A stretch of 64,000 nucleotides of DNA from an uncultured Chloroflexia bacterium (GCA_963819655.1 CAWFXA010000003.1:64001-128000), one strand, 5' to 3'. Positions 30,380 to 39,764 are shown, counted from the first letter of the stretch. Numbers and translations are program-made. The notes: generated from the sequence alone by a model not told the origin.

Positions 30380-31819
30380 TCAGCCGGGTCGAAGCGCGGC
30401 CGCTGGACTCGGTGTGAACGTCGACGCCTGGGCCATGAGCGAGGCCACCACGGTATTCGTTGCGTAAGCCGGCTCGCCGGCCACACCACTCGTCTGGATC
30501 GAGAGGGTGCCGCCGTCGCCGTAGTCGATGATGTACGAGTACAGCGTGGTCCCTACGGGAGTCCCGCTGTCCACGGTGGTCGATGTCGCCTCGACGAGGG
30601 TCGCCGGTAGATCGGACACGGTCGTCTCCAGTTTCTGGACGACGGTCCAGTTCGCCGGATCCGTCGCGGCCGCGACGGCATCGCTGTACGACGAGACGTC
30701 GGGTCTGACGGTGATCGCCGCGTCGAGCGTGCCCGGGTCCGTTGGCACGGTGATGGGGTTCGGGTCGAAGTAGCGACAGGCAGCCTCCGGCGGCTCGGTC
30801 AGGGTGAACCACGACTGGGGATAGACGATCGAGGCGAGCTGGGCGCCGCTTGGGCTGGTCAGCGTGCACGCCGCCGTGGGCGGCGCCGAGGGCGGCGGCG
30901 GCAACGTCGGTGCCGCGGTCGGCTCAGGGGTCGGCGTCGGTGTCGGCTCCGGGGCCGGGGTCGGACTCGGCCGCTCGGTGGCAGTCGGGGATGGCGTGGG
31001 CGACGGCGCCGGCTCCTCGGTCGGGATCGGGGAAGCGGAGGCTTCTGCCTCGGCTCGGGGCCTTGACATCGCGACGACCACGTCGTCGTTCCTGTCGCGG
31101 AGCACGAGCGTCTCGCCGCGGCGTTCGACGAGCGCGGCACCTTGGAGCGCCGCGAGGAAGGCGCTCTCCTGGTTCATCACGTCGTCCGCGCAGGCCATGC
31201 GCGTCGTCGCGAGCCGGCCGACCCTTACGACGGTGCCATTGGTCCCGTAGGTGCCGTCGTACCTGTTGCAGCCACTCGACCCGCCGACGTTCGTGATCCC
31301 GAACACCGCTGTCAGCTCGGTCCCGCTGATCGGGACCGTCTGGGATCCGGGCCCTGTGGCATACGAATCGACGATCCACGACCCGAGCATCGGGTTCTTC
31401 GGTGCAGCGTCGAAGACCAGGATCGCCTGCCCGCCCGGACCGAAGATCTTGAGCGTATCGGCGCGGATCCCATAGAACCGGCTGTCATGAAGGACCGTGA
31501 GATAGGTCGACTCGAAGGTCATGAGGACGTCGCTGCAGGCCTTCTGGGTGGCATGGGCCTGCGAGATCAGGAGGGTCCGGCCATCGGCACGGGCCAATGC
31601 GCCGTAGTCATTGCAGCCGGCGAACCCGTCCACGCGAGCTCCGCGGAACCGTGCGTCGGCGTAAAGCCCGTCCGGGACGATCTCGAGCGTCCCGCCGTTG
31701 GCGTACGAGCGCAGGACCCAGGTCGTGCCGTCCAGCTCACCGCCAGAGCCGTCGCCCGAAGAGCAAGCGACGAGGCCAAGCGCCAGGGCCAGCAGGACGG
31801 CGAGCCGCACGAGTCGCAT
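30380..31819 (-). CDS. Lipoprotein with two META (HslJ) domains and Pro-rich linker
   Basis: Lipobox LVAC; GFAGCN..TQKAC and GSSGCN..TRMAC. Confidence 0.88.
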   Translation of the reverse strand: MRLVRLAVLLALALGLVACSSGDGSGGELDGTTWVLRSYANGGTLEIVPDGLYADARFRGARVDGFAGCNDYGALARADGRTLLISQAHATQKACSDVLMTFESTYLTVLHDSRFYGIRADTLKIFGPGGQAILVFDAAPKNPMLGSWIVDSYATGPGSQTVPISGTELTAVFGITNVGGSSGCNRYDGTYGTNGTVVRVGRLATTRMACADDVMNQESAFLAALQGAALVERRGETLVLRDRNDDVVVAMSRPRAEAEASASPIPTEEPAPSPTPSPTATERPSPTPAPEPTPTPTPEPTAAPTLPPPPSAPPTAACTLTSPSGAQLASIVYPQSWFTLTEPPEAACRYFDPNPITVPTDPGTLDAAITVRPDVSSYSDAVAAATDPANWTVVQKLETTVSDLPATLVEATSTTVDSGTPVGTTLYSYIIDYGDGGTLSIQTSGVAGEPAYATNTVVASLMAQASTFTPSPAAALRPG

Positions 31820-31820
31820 G

Positions 31821-32084
31821 TCAGGCGGACTTGCTGCCGATGTACAGGGCAAACAGTCGGAGGGCGTATCCGAAGCCGGCGACGACGAAGGCGAGGAAGA
31901 TCGGCACGCCGATCGAGCCGGCCGAGATCGCGAACGCCTCGAACACGTTGAATGCCGGTCTTTGGGCGAGATCGATCCACCAGGCGATGCCGGCGAGCAG
32001 GGTGTAGATCACGAAGATCCAACCGACATAGATGAAGAACGTCCCGATGGACGCCAGGCGACGGACGTCGTTCGTGAGATCCAT
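31821..32084 (-). CDS. Small two-TM hypothetical protein
   Basis: GGAGG RBS; MDLTNDVRRL...; coupled to the META gene. Confidence 0.72.
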   Translation of the reverse strand: MDLTNDVRRLASIGTFFIYVGWIFVIYTLLAGIAWWIDLAQRPAFNVFEAFAISAGSIGVPIFLAFVVAGFGYALRLFALYIGSKSA

Positions 32085-32167
32085 TGGAACCCTCCTGTGA
32101 CGATGGCTCGATAGCCAGTCTGACCCTCCGGCCGCTGCCCGCATCACCGACTTCGGGTGATGTGTCC

Positions 32168-32297
32168 TCAGGACGTCGTCGGGGCCGCGGGACTTCGGTC
32201 GTACAGCCTGATGGCCCAAACATAGCCACCGACCGTGATCACCACGCACCAGGCGACGGCCAAGGCCCCAGCATCGCCGATGGCTGTTCCGAGCAAA
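32168..32297 (-). pseudogene. C-terminal remnant resembling an ABC-2 permease
   Basis: LLGTAIGDAGALAVAWCVVITVGGYVWAIRLYDR resembles DrrB-type permease ends; no gene body. Confidence 0.5.
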
Positions 32298-32414
32298 CAT
32301 GTCGAGATCGGGCGTCTGGACTGCGAGCTCGCGGCGCGTCCGGTGGAGCCGCGCACCGCGTCTCGTGGTGGCGGATCGACCGCTTGGTATACTCGGCGAG
32401 CAGAAATCTTCCGA

Positions 32415-32450
32415 CGCCCCCGGACCGCGCCCCGGGGGCGTTCTCGTTTT
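32415..32450 (+). terminator. Intrinsic terminator-like hairpin
   Basis: cgcccccgg..ccgggggcg followed by ttctcgtttt. Confidence 0.6.
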
Positions 32451-32465
32451 CCGTAGACTGCCCGG

Positions 32466-33548
32466 ATGTTGCCGACCGAACCTCGTCGCCTGGTCATCAT
32501 GACCGAGGGCCAGTTCGGGATCCATGACGCGAAGACCGCGATGGGCGTCATCCGCTACGGGCGGGACACCATCGTCGCGATCCTCGACTCCACGATGGCC
32601 GGGCGCAACCTGCGCGAGCTCCTCCCTGCCTTCGACATCCCCTTCGTCGGGACGCTCGGCGATGCCCTCGGCGGCCCTGTCAGACCGGACGGTCTGCTCA
32701 TCGGCATCGCGCCGACCGGTGGCAGGCTCCCACCGGACTGGCGAGGGTCGATCCTCGAGGCGATCACGGCCGGTCTCGATATCCATTCAGGGCTGCACGA
32801 TCTCCTCGCCGACGATCCAGAGTTCGCCGCAGCGGCGGCGACGGCCGGCACCCGACTGATCGACTACCGACGACCGCCAGACCGGATGGAGACGACTACC
32901 GGTCGGCGGCACCTGCCCGGCAAGCGTGTGATCCTGACCGTCGCGACCGATTGCGCGATCGGCAAGATGTCCGTCGCCCTCGAGGTCGTCGCCGCGGCCA
33001 GGCGCGACGGGGCATCGGCCGTCATGGTCCCGACCGGCCAGACCGGGATGATGATCGAGGGCTGGGGCGTTGCCGTCGACCGCGTGATCAGCGACTTCAC
33101 GAACGGTACCGTCGAGTGGCTCGTCGAGCAGGGCGAGAGCCGTGCCGACTGGGTGTTCGTCGAGGGCCAGGGGTCGATCGACCATCCCGCCTACAGCGCT
33201 GTGACCATGGGCCTGATCCATGGTGCGACGCCACACGCCATGGTCCTCGTCCACAAGCCCGGTCTCGTCGAGCACGACTTCGATCATCTGCCGGACGCCT
33301 CGTTCCCGATCGCCGACCTGCCCCCGTTCATCTACCTCCACGAGCGGATCGCCGGGATGGTCGCACCGTCCCGGGTCGTGGCGATCGCGCTCAACACCTC
33401 GCTCTACCCCGATGACGGCGAGGCCCGGCTGGTCATCGAGAGGATCGCCGCCGACACCGGATTGCCCGCGGATGACCCGGTCCGCTTCGGGGCCGACCGG
33501 CTGTGGCCGGCGATCCGCGATGCCGTGAACGGCCTGCCATGGGTCTGA
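32466..33548 (+). CDS. DUF1611 domain protein
   Basis: AKTAMGVIRY, TDCAIGKM, TGQTG and VEGQGS motifs; leaderless TAGACT promoter. Confidence 0.92.
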   Translation: MLPTEPRRLVIMTEGQFGIHDAKTAMGVIRYGRDTIVAILDSTMAGRNLRELLPAFDIPFVGTLGDALGGPVRPDGLLIGIAPTGGRLPPDWRGSILEAITAGLDIHSGLHDLLADDPEFAAAAATAGTRLIDYRRPPDRMETTTGRRHLPGKRVILTVATDCAIGKMSVALEVVAAARRDGASAVMVPTGQTGMMIEGWGVAVDRVISDFTNGTVEWLVEQGESRADWVFVEGQGSIDHPAYSAVTMGLIHGATPHAMVLVHKPGLVEHDFDHLPDASFPIADLPPFIYLHERIAGMVAPSRVVAIALNTSLYPDDGEARLVIERIAADTGLPADDPVRFGADRLWPAIRDAVNGLPWV

Positions 33549-34588
33549 CGCTCACCCACGAGGTCCTGTCGCTGCCACTCCGCGACCCGTTCCGGATCGC
33601 TCGCGCGGAGCACGGCGAGGGCACGCGGATCACGACTGTCATCGTCGAGCTGCGTGACGAGCGTGTCCCGGACGTGGTCGGAGTGGGGGAGGGCTATCCC
33701 GGCACCTACTACGGCGAGACCCCCGAGACCATGGCGGCCGTGATGCCTCTGCTGCTCGACGCCATCGGCGAACCGGCCCTCGACGAGCGCGGGGTGATCG
33801 CCGCGGATCACGCGATGGAGCGGATGATCCGCGGGCACGGGGCAGCGCGCTGCGCGATCGACATCGCACTGCACGACCTCGTCGCGAAAGTCGCCGGCAT
33901 CCCGGTCTACGAACTGCGCGGCCTGTCGGCCGAGTTGCCACCGACCGATTTCACCATCGGCATCGACGACCCGGCGGTCGTCGCCCAGCGGGCACAGCGC
34001 GCAGCCGACTTCCCGGCGCTCAAGATCAAGGTCGGCGGACCGTCCGATCTGGCCACGCTGCAAGCCGTCCGCGAGGTGTACACAGGCCCGATCCGCGTCG
34101 ACGCCAACACGGCCTGGACACGCGCGGACGCGCAACGTCTGCTGCCCGAGCTCGTCGACCTCGGGGTCGAGCTCATCGAGCAGCCGTTCCCGGCCCGGGC
34201 GTACCGCGATCTCGCGTGGCTGCAGGAACGATCGACGCTGCCGATCGTCGCCGATGAGTCGTGCGTCCTGCCCGAGGATCTCGAGGCGCTCGACGGTGTC
34301 GTCGCGGGCATCAACGTCAAGCTCGCCAAATGCGGTGGTATCGGGCCTGCCTATCGGATGCTCGAGCGGGGCCGCGAGATGGGTTTCCGGACCTTCCTTG
34401 GCTGCATGGAGGAGACGTCGGTCGGGATCGCGGCGTCAGCGGTCGTCGGCTCGCTCGCGGAGTGGATCGACCTCGACGGCAACCTGCTCCTCGCCGACGA
34501 CCCGTTCGAAGGACTGCGGCTCATGCCCGACAAACGCTGGCAGTCGTCCGACCGACCGGGCCTGGGATTGACGCGCAAGCCCGCCTGA
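33539..34588 (+). CDS. Dipeptide epimerase (enolase superfamily)
   Basis: KIK, RVDAN, EQP, ADES, NVKLAKCGG, GCMEET and DLDG motifs. Confidence 0.92.
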   Translation: MGLTLTHEVLSLPLRDPFRIARAEHGEGTRITTVIVELRDERVPDVVGVGEGYPGTYYGETPETMAAVMPLLLDAIGEPALDERGVIAADHAMERMIRGHGAARCAIDIALHDLVAKVAGIPVYELRGLSAELPPTDFTIGIDDPAVVAQRAQRAADFPALKIKVGGPSDLATLQAVREVYTGPIRVDANTAWTRADAQRLLPELVDLGVELIEQPFPARAYRDLAWLQERSTLPIVADESCVLPEDLEALDGVVAGINVKLAKCGGIGPAYRMLERGREMGFRTFLGCMEETSVGIAASAVVGSLAEWIDLDGNLLLADDPFEGLRLMPDKRWQSSDRPGLGLTRKPA

Positions 34589-34625
34589 CCCGGTCCACGC
34601 ACGTTCCGTACGGGTGTTCTAGCGC

Positions 34626-34669
34626 CTATCCACCGATGTGGACAACTTCGTGGATGAAGTCGTGGACAA
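34626..34669. promoter_or_regulatory. Cluster of DnaA-box-like 9-mers
   Basis: CTATCCACC (34626), then minus-strand TTGTCCACA (34637), TCATCCACG (34649) and TTGTCCACG (34661). Confidence 0.55.
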
Positions 34670-34887
34670 GCCCCCTTCCGACTCGTCCTGCGGACGCCTA
34701 GGATGGCGCGACACCCGGCCGCTGCGGACCCCAAAACGGCGACCGGGACACCAGGAACCACCGTCCGGCGAACGGTTTCCGGCACGACCGTCCAGCCTGG
34801 GCTGGTTTCGTGGTGCCGTCGTATGCTGAGCGCGCAAGCGTCCCATCCGGGCCGCGGGCCGTCCGGCGAAGGGAGGGCCTGCCATCG

Positions 34888-35277
34888 ATGGAACCCCGGT
34901 ATGCCGCCACGCGAGTCCCCGACCCGGACGCGGCCGACTTCATCCGATTCTGCTACCGGCGCCGACGCGTGGGCTGGCCGGAGCTCTATGACGAGATGTG
35001 TGCCGTCGCGGCACGCGGTCTGTTCCGCGGCTTCGGGACCGAGGATCTCGCGGCGCACGGGATCGGTTTCAGTCTCTTCGACATGCCGGCCCTGGCCGGG
35101 ATGGCGTCCGGGATCATCGCCGAGGAGCAGGCGCTCCGGCGACCGATGACCGTGGTGATCACCCCACTCGAGCCGGTGGTCGAGGACATCCAGCCAGCCG
35201 TGGCCGACGGGGCTGCGGAGTCAAGGGAGCGAGGCGAACGACCCGTCCGGTTCGCCGCGGTGCCCGCCGGGGCGTAA
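34888..35277 (+). CDS. Hypothetical protein
   Basis: GGGAGG RBS; upstream TATGCT; 'FIRFCYRRRRVGWPELYDEMCAVA'. Confidence 0.78.
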   Translation: MEPRYAATRVPDPDAADFIRFCYRRRRVGWPELYDEMCAVAARGLFRGFGTEDLAAHGIGFSLFDMPALAGMASGIIAEEQALRRPMTVVITPLEPVVEDIQPAVADGAAESRERGERPVRFAAVPAGA

Positions 35278-35294
35278 CCGGCACCGTCCTCATC

Positions 35295-35325
35295 CGAAAC
35301 CCCGCCGGGATCCGGCGGGGTTTCG
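35295..35325. terminator. Bidirectional terminator hairpin
   Basis: cgaaaccccgccgg-gat-ccggcggggtttcg between convergent genes. Confidence 0.8.
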
Positions 35326-35345
35326 TCTTGTCAGGCGCGGATCGT

Positions 35346-35573
35346 TCAGGCCCTGATCTGGCGCCTGGCCATCTCGCCCTCGATCTGGCGCTCCGCCTCG
35401 ACGTAGCGGTCGATCTGTTCGCGCAGCTGGTTCGCCTCGGGCGTGTACAGATGGACCTGCTGTTGGAGGATGTACGACAGCCGGCGGCTGGTCATCCGGA
35501 CGTGGTCGAGGTTCTTCATCAGGACGAGCGGGTCCATCGAGGCCAGGTCCGACGGGTGGTACATCTGCTGCAT
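35346..35573 (-). CDS. Small helical hypothetical protein (75 aa)
   Basis: Typical codon usage; leaderless TAGAAT-N6-ATG. Confidence 0.8.
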   Translation of the reverse strand: MQQMYHPSDLASMDPLVLMKNLDHVRMTSRRLSYILQQQVHLYTPEANQLREQIDRYVEAERQIEGEMARRQIRA

Positions 35574-35626
35574 GGCGGCATTCTAGGGTCGATGGCCGGT
35601 CGCGCGGGCCGGGCCTGCGCCGCCGG

Positions 35627-37026
35627 TCAGAGCCCCCGCAGCGCTCGTGGCGGCCAGGTCCAGTCGATGTCGAGGACGCGGCGGCGAGAGCCCGTCGACG
35701 GCCGGACTCCGTCGCCCCGAGGACAAGGATCCGGTCGGTCTTCGTCGCGCGGCCAGCCTCGTCGCCCCACAGCTTGGTCATCTTGCGGACCGCTGCGACG
35801 TCGTCGAGAGCGACGCCTGCCAGTCGATAGCCCTCGGGGGCGGCGGCCTGTTCCCAGGCGCGCTCGGCCAGCCCGACGCCGCCTCGGATCCGCCGGCCGC
35901 GGTCGGTCTCCACGTCGCCGATCACGAGCACGACGATGGCGTCGTCCGTGAGCACCGACCTGAGATCGGCGAGCACTTCCCGGAGGAATGCCAGGTACGG
36001 CTCGCGGTGGTGGGCATCGTCGAGCGTTGCGTCGATCTCCTTCGCGTCGAAGCCGAGGAACCACGTCCGCAGCCAGTTGTAATAGCCGTACTTGACCACT
36101 CGGAGATACGGCGGAGAGGTGACGACCAAGCGGGCGCGGTCGGGCCGGCCTCGGGCACGGAGGGCGGCTCGGACACGTGGTGAGACGTCACGAGCGTCGC
36201 CAAGGAGCGCGACCCCGTCCACCGACGGAGCCGGCTGCCGGAAGAGGCGATCGAGCTTGGAGCTGAGCCCGTCGAACACGTCGCGCCGGGGCGAGGCGAA
36301 TGCCGTGCGTGCCGCGAACTCGCGGACGTAGCGCGGCGCCATGCTGAACGTGTTGGGCATGAGCTCCGACAAGTAGCTCGCGCTCTTGCCGTGCAGGATG
36401 CCGGTGATGGCGGCAGCAAGGAACCGGTCGGTTCGCTCATCGAATCGAAGGCTCGTCCGGACGTACAGGAGCTGACCGAGGGTCTCCGGATGGAACGCCA
36501 GCGCCACCTCGACGGGCACGCGCTCCGTGCCGGAAACCGCGCCGGTCCGCGAGCCGGCGGCGGGGATCATCGTCGATCCAGGATCGGTCGTCACCCGCGT
36601 GGCGAGGGCCGTCCAGTCCTCGGCGTCGGCGTTCCAGCCCAGGCGCAACTGGGTCAGCCGGGTCATGGCGGCGGCTCGGGTCGCAGGCTCGACCTTGGAC
36701 GCGGTCAGGAGGTGGGCGAACGGGTTCAGGTCGTTCCCCACGCCGATGCGGCCCTCCGCGCATGCCTGGAGTGGAGTCGTGCCGCGGCCCGAGAACGGAT
36801 CGAGGACGACGTCGCCGGGCCGCGAATAGCGGGCGATGAAGGCATGGGCCAGCGACGCGGGGAAGCTCGCGAGATACGAGCACATCGGATGGAAGGAGTG
36901 GCCCCATAGGCGCTGCTGAGCCTTCCACTCGGGCTCGATCGAGATAGCCGGCAGTGCGACCGGCAGGTCCAGGGCCAGCTGTTGCGCGGCGGTGGGCGTT
37001 CGCGCGCGAGTCGGTCCGGCCGTCAT
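35627..37026 (-). CDS. Orphan DNA methyltransferase (N4C/N6A type), frameshift near 35680
   Basis: LDPFSGRGTT (motif I) and VTSPPY (motif IV); C-terminus DIDWTWPP in another frame. Confidence 0.85.
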
Positions 37027-37182
37027 GGGCGGATCGGTCCTCTGACACACGCACCGATCCCGGCCGGTGCGATGGGGCGCGGAGTGTAGCACGGGGGCAT
37101 CGGCGCCTCGTCCTCCCCCGAAGGTCCCAGATCCGCCAGAAAGCGGGTGGGCACACTGCGCGCTCGTGGCGTACGCTAGCAC

Positions 37183-37374
37183 CGGGTCCGAGGATCACGC
37201 GGAACCGAGCGATGGTCCCGAACGCCAGGGAGACGGTCTCGGTCGACTCCGTGGCGTCCGGTCGGCGCTCAGCCCCGTCCCCACCGTCCGGCCTTCGCCG
37301 GCGAAGGGGCCACCTCGGACCCGACAAGCTCGTCGCCCCGGCTCAGTCCGGGCTCGCGGCGGGCTTTCTCTTTT
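37183..37374 (+). ncRNA. Candidate standalone structured RNA (~190 nt)
   Basis: TACGCT -10 at 37172; 11-bp closing helix 37183-37193/37313-37323; long internal hairpin; terminal G-U-containing hairpin with U-tract; no credible ORF. Confidence 0.6.
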
Positions 37375-37535
37375 GGTGACTCATACGCCCCTTGAGTTAG
37401 CTGCGAAATCAGCAGACCCGGATCGCCAGGGGGAAGAGCGAGCCGGGTCTTTCCAGAGGCTATGAAAGTGAACGTCCGTACGGGAATACGTCGGAATACC
37501 TATTCATCTTCCCGTCGTTGCCTCGCGACGAAGGC

Positions 37536-38573
37536 TCAGTGGCAGCTCTCGGAGCCGGTGTCGGTGTAGGTCTTGCCGGCCTCGGGAAGGAACTCCCACG
37601 AATAGGAATCGGGCTTGAGGGTGAGCTTCAGGACCCCGAATGTGTCGTCGTCGCCGGTCTCGGTATTCGGGTGGATCGCCCCCTCCGAGAACTTGTAGTG
37701 GCCTCGACCGCCGGTCCCGACCACGAACTGGCGGATGCCGCCGGCGGCGTCCAGGCTGCCGTCCGGCGTCATCGGAGCGAGACGTTCGTAGGCGTGGTTA
37801 TCCCCGCTCAGGACTGCCTCGACACCCGCCGCGTGGAGGGCTTCCCAGAGTGGCTGGACCCGCGGCTCGTTCTCCTTGCGCCCTGAGCTGAAGCGCGGAT
37901 TGTGGAGGACCGCCAGCGAGCATGTGGCGGGGTGGTCGGCCAGCTCCTGGGCCAGCCACGTTGCCTGCGGCGATCCGCGATCACAACCATCAACCCGGTC
38001 GCAGATCGAGTTCAGCACGATGACGCGCCACGCGCCCAGGTCGTAGGCGTACCAGCCCATGCGCGGGTCGCTCGCCGTCGCGCCGAGGGGCGCGAGGACG
38101 CCGGCGAAGTAGCCGAAGTACCCGGCCGCATCCGGGGTCATGTAGTCGTGACCGCCGAGCGCCGGATGCGTCCGCTCGAGCGCCACGCCCCACGTATCGT
38201 CGTAGCACGCGAATTGACGAGGAGTGCCCTTGTCGTACGCGTTGTCGCCGAGGGTCTGGACGGTGACATCGGGATAGCGCGCGAGGATCTCGGCGGTCGC
38301 CGAATCGCCCTCGTGGCTGCACGCGGCGATGTCACCAGCGGCCAGAAGCACCTGATCCCCGATCGGCGCGGGAGTCGGATTTGGGCTCTGGCTCGTCCCC
38401 GAGGTCGGTGGAGGGGTGCCGGACTGCCCCGACGTCTCAGGAGACGGTGACGTCTGGCCGGAGGGCGGGACCACCGCCGGCGTGGGTCCGCAGGCGATGA
38501 GCACGGCCATCAGGACGCCGAGCGACCCGACATACAGCCGGCCGGCGCGGGCGGACCGGATGACGGCCCTCAT
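37536..38573 (-). CDS. Metallophosphoesterase lipoprotein (calcineurin-like)
   Basis: AAGDIA, LGDNAY, LGGHDY and SGDNHAYER motifs; lipobox LIAC. Confidence 0.85.
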   Translation of the reverse strand: MRAVIRSARAGRLYVGSLGVLMAVLIACGPTPAVVPPSGQTSPSPETSGQSGTPPPTSGTSQSPNPTPAPIGDQVLLAAGDIAACSHEGDSATAEILARYPDVTVQTLGDNAYDKGTPRQFACYDDTWGVALERTHPALGGHDYMTPDAAGYFGYFAGVLAPLGATASDPRMGWYAYDLGAWRVIVLNSICDRVDGCDRGSPQATWLAQELADHPATCSLAVLHNPRFSSGRKENEPRVQPLWEALHAAGVEAVLSGDNHAYERLAPMTPDGSLDAAGGIRQFVVGTGGRGHYKFSEGAIHPNTETGDDDTFGVLKLTLKPDSYSWEFLPEAGKTYTDTGSESCH

Positions 38574-38912
38574 CCTCCACCGCGATCTCGACACTGCACC
38601 CCCCGATCGATCCCAACGAGCCCTTGATCCGGCGACCGTCGCTCGTCTCATCGCCGTCTCGTCGCCCATCCGACGGCTCGTGCCGACCGATGTTACGGCA
38701 GCGGCCTCAGAGGGTGCCCTCTTGATGATGCTGTGGCGGCGGCGTCCCCCGAAACTTGGTGACGGCTCGCACCGACCCGCGCACGACGGGTGCCGCGCGA
38801 CCGGGCTCCGCGCGCCTTTGGGACCGACGATGGACACATCGCGTGCGGTTGCCGGTATGCGGGTGCAAGGTGCTGTGGCCGACAATCGGGGGCGACGCCG
38901 AGGTCAGCCACC

Positions 38913-39125
38913 GTGCCAACGGCCCTTGTCTTGAACCCGCGCAGCGACATCGCCTTCGTGGCCTTCGCGGAGGCCGCGCTGGCGAATGGCGTGGCCGCGC
39001 CCGACGCATTCCAGGAACGCCTCCGTGAGCGGTATCCTCGCGCGGTCGTTCGCCAGCGTGAGCTCGCCAGCGAACCGTTCACGATCTGGTACTGCTACCG
39101 TGACGGTCGGTGGGTCCAACCATGA
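38913..39125 (+). CDS. Small hypothetical protein
   Basis: GAGGT RBS; 'LNPRSD..LRERYPRAVVRQREL..WYCYRDG'. Confidence 0.7.
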   Translation: MPTALVLNPRSDIAFVAFAEAALANGVAAPDAFQERLRERYPRAVVRQRELASEPFTIWYCYRDGRWVQP

Positions 39126-39152
39126 CCGACCGAGCAGGGAGGAGGGGCGCGA

Positions 39153-39380
39153 ATGTCAGACCTGGAAGGCGACCTGCGCGCGACCGCTGAAGACATCGCC
39201 GCCGATGCCGGCAGGCTCAAGGAGATCGAGGAGACGAAGGCCGACCTCGACCCTGCCGATCCGCGCACACAGAAGCTCTCCCATGAGAGCGAACGCATCG
39301 CGCGACGGATCGTGCCCAAGACGGTCGCCGAGCGCGAGATCACAGAAGAGATCGGCAACGGGGAGCCGCCCCAGGGCTGA
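39153..39380 (+). CDS. Small coiled-coil hypothetical protein
   Basis: GGAGG RBS; 75-aa ORF. Confidence 0.72.
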   Translation: MSDLEGDLRATAEDIAADAGRLKEIEETKADLDPADPRTQKLSHESERIARRIVPKTVAEREITEEIGNGEPPQG

Positions 39381-39454
39381 TCCGCGCGAGGCGTCCAGCC
39401 GTCGAGGGGCGGTAGAGTGTGCGCGCCCAGCGGCCCGCCGAGCAGGCGATCCGC

Positions 39455-39530
39455 GTCCCCGTAGCTCAGTGGACAGAGCAGGCGCCTTCTAAGCGCAAGG
39501 TCGCAGGTTCGAATCCTGCCGGGGACGCCA
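39455..39530 (+). tRNA. tRNA-Arg (TCT)
   Basis: gtccccg/cggggac acceptor; tagctcagtgga D arm; ctTCTaa loop; ggttcgaatcc; CCA. Confidence 0.96.
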
Positions 39531-39569
39531 CACCGCGTGGTGTGGCCCGGGCCGCGTCAGTCGAGCGTG

Positions 39570-39764
39570 TCAGTCGAGCGGCGTCTGCTCGATCCTTCGC
39601 GGGATGAGTGCCTGGCGCCCGCCGGCCAGATCGAACACCGAGCGTCGGCGCAGACGACCCAGACTGACCCAGGGCTCCGGCACCAGGTCGTAGAACGAGA
39701 TCGACAGGAAGAACGCGACGCTCAGGCCGAGCAGGGCCGAGACGAATGCGACCACGAGATCCAT
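39570..39764 (-). CDS. Small single-TM hypothetical protein
   Basis: 64-aa ORF with hydrophobic N-terminus; upstream TAGCGT -10. Confidence 0.5.
   Translation of the reverse strand: MDLVVAFVSALLGLSVAFFLSISFYDLVPEPWVSLGRLRRRSVFDLAGGRQALIPRRIEQTPLD

Noticed and set aside
34590-34880. oriC
   Set aside because: No AT-rich unwinding element and no dnaA/dnaN nearby.
37183-37374. SRP RNA, tmRNA or RNase P RNA
   Set aside because: Lacks the SRP GGAA/GCAG domain, tRNA-like ends and GAGGAAAGTCC.
38852-38862. Fifth tRNA-Glu att copy (ccggtatgcgg)
   Set aside because: Only 11 bp, with no CCA or arm module; plausible by chance.
39455-39530. tRNA-Arg(TCT) as the source of the 20441/29274 scars or as an integration site
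   Set aside because: Its 3' end (cctgccggggacgcca) differs from cctgtcgggcgcgcca, and no duplication of it was seen.
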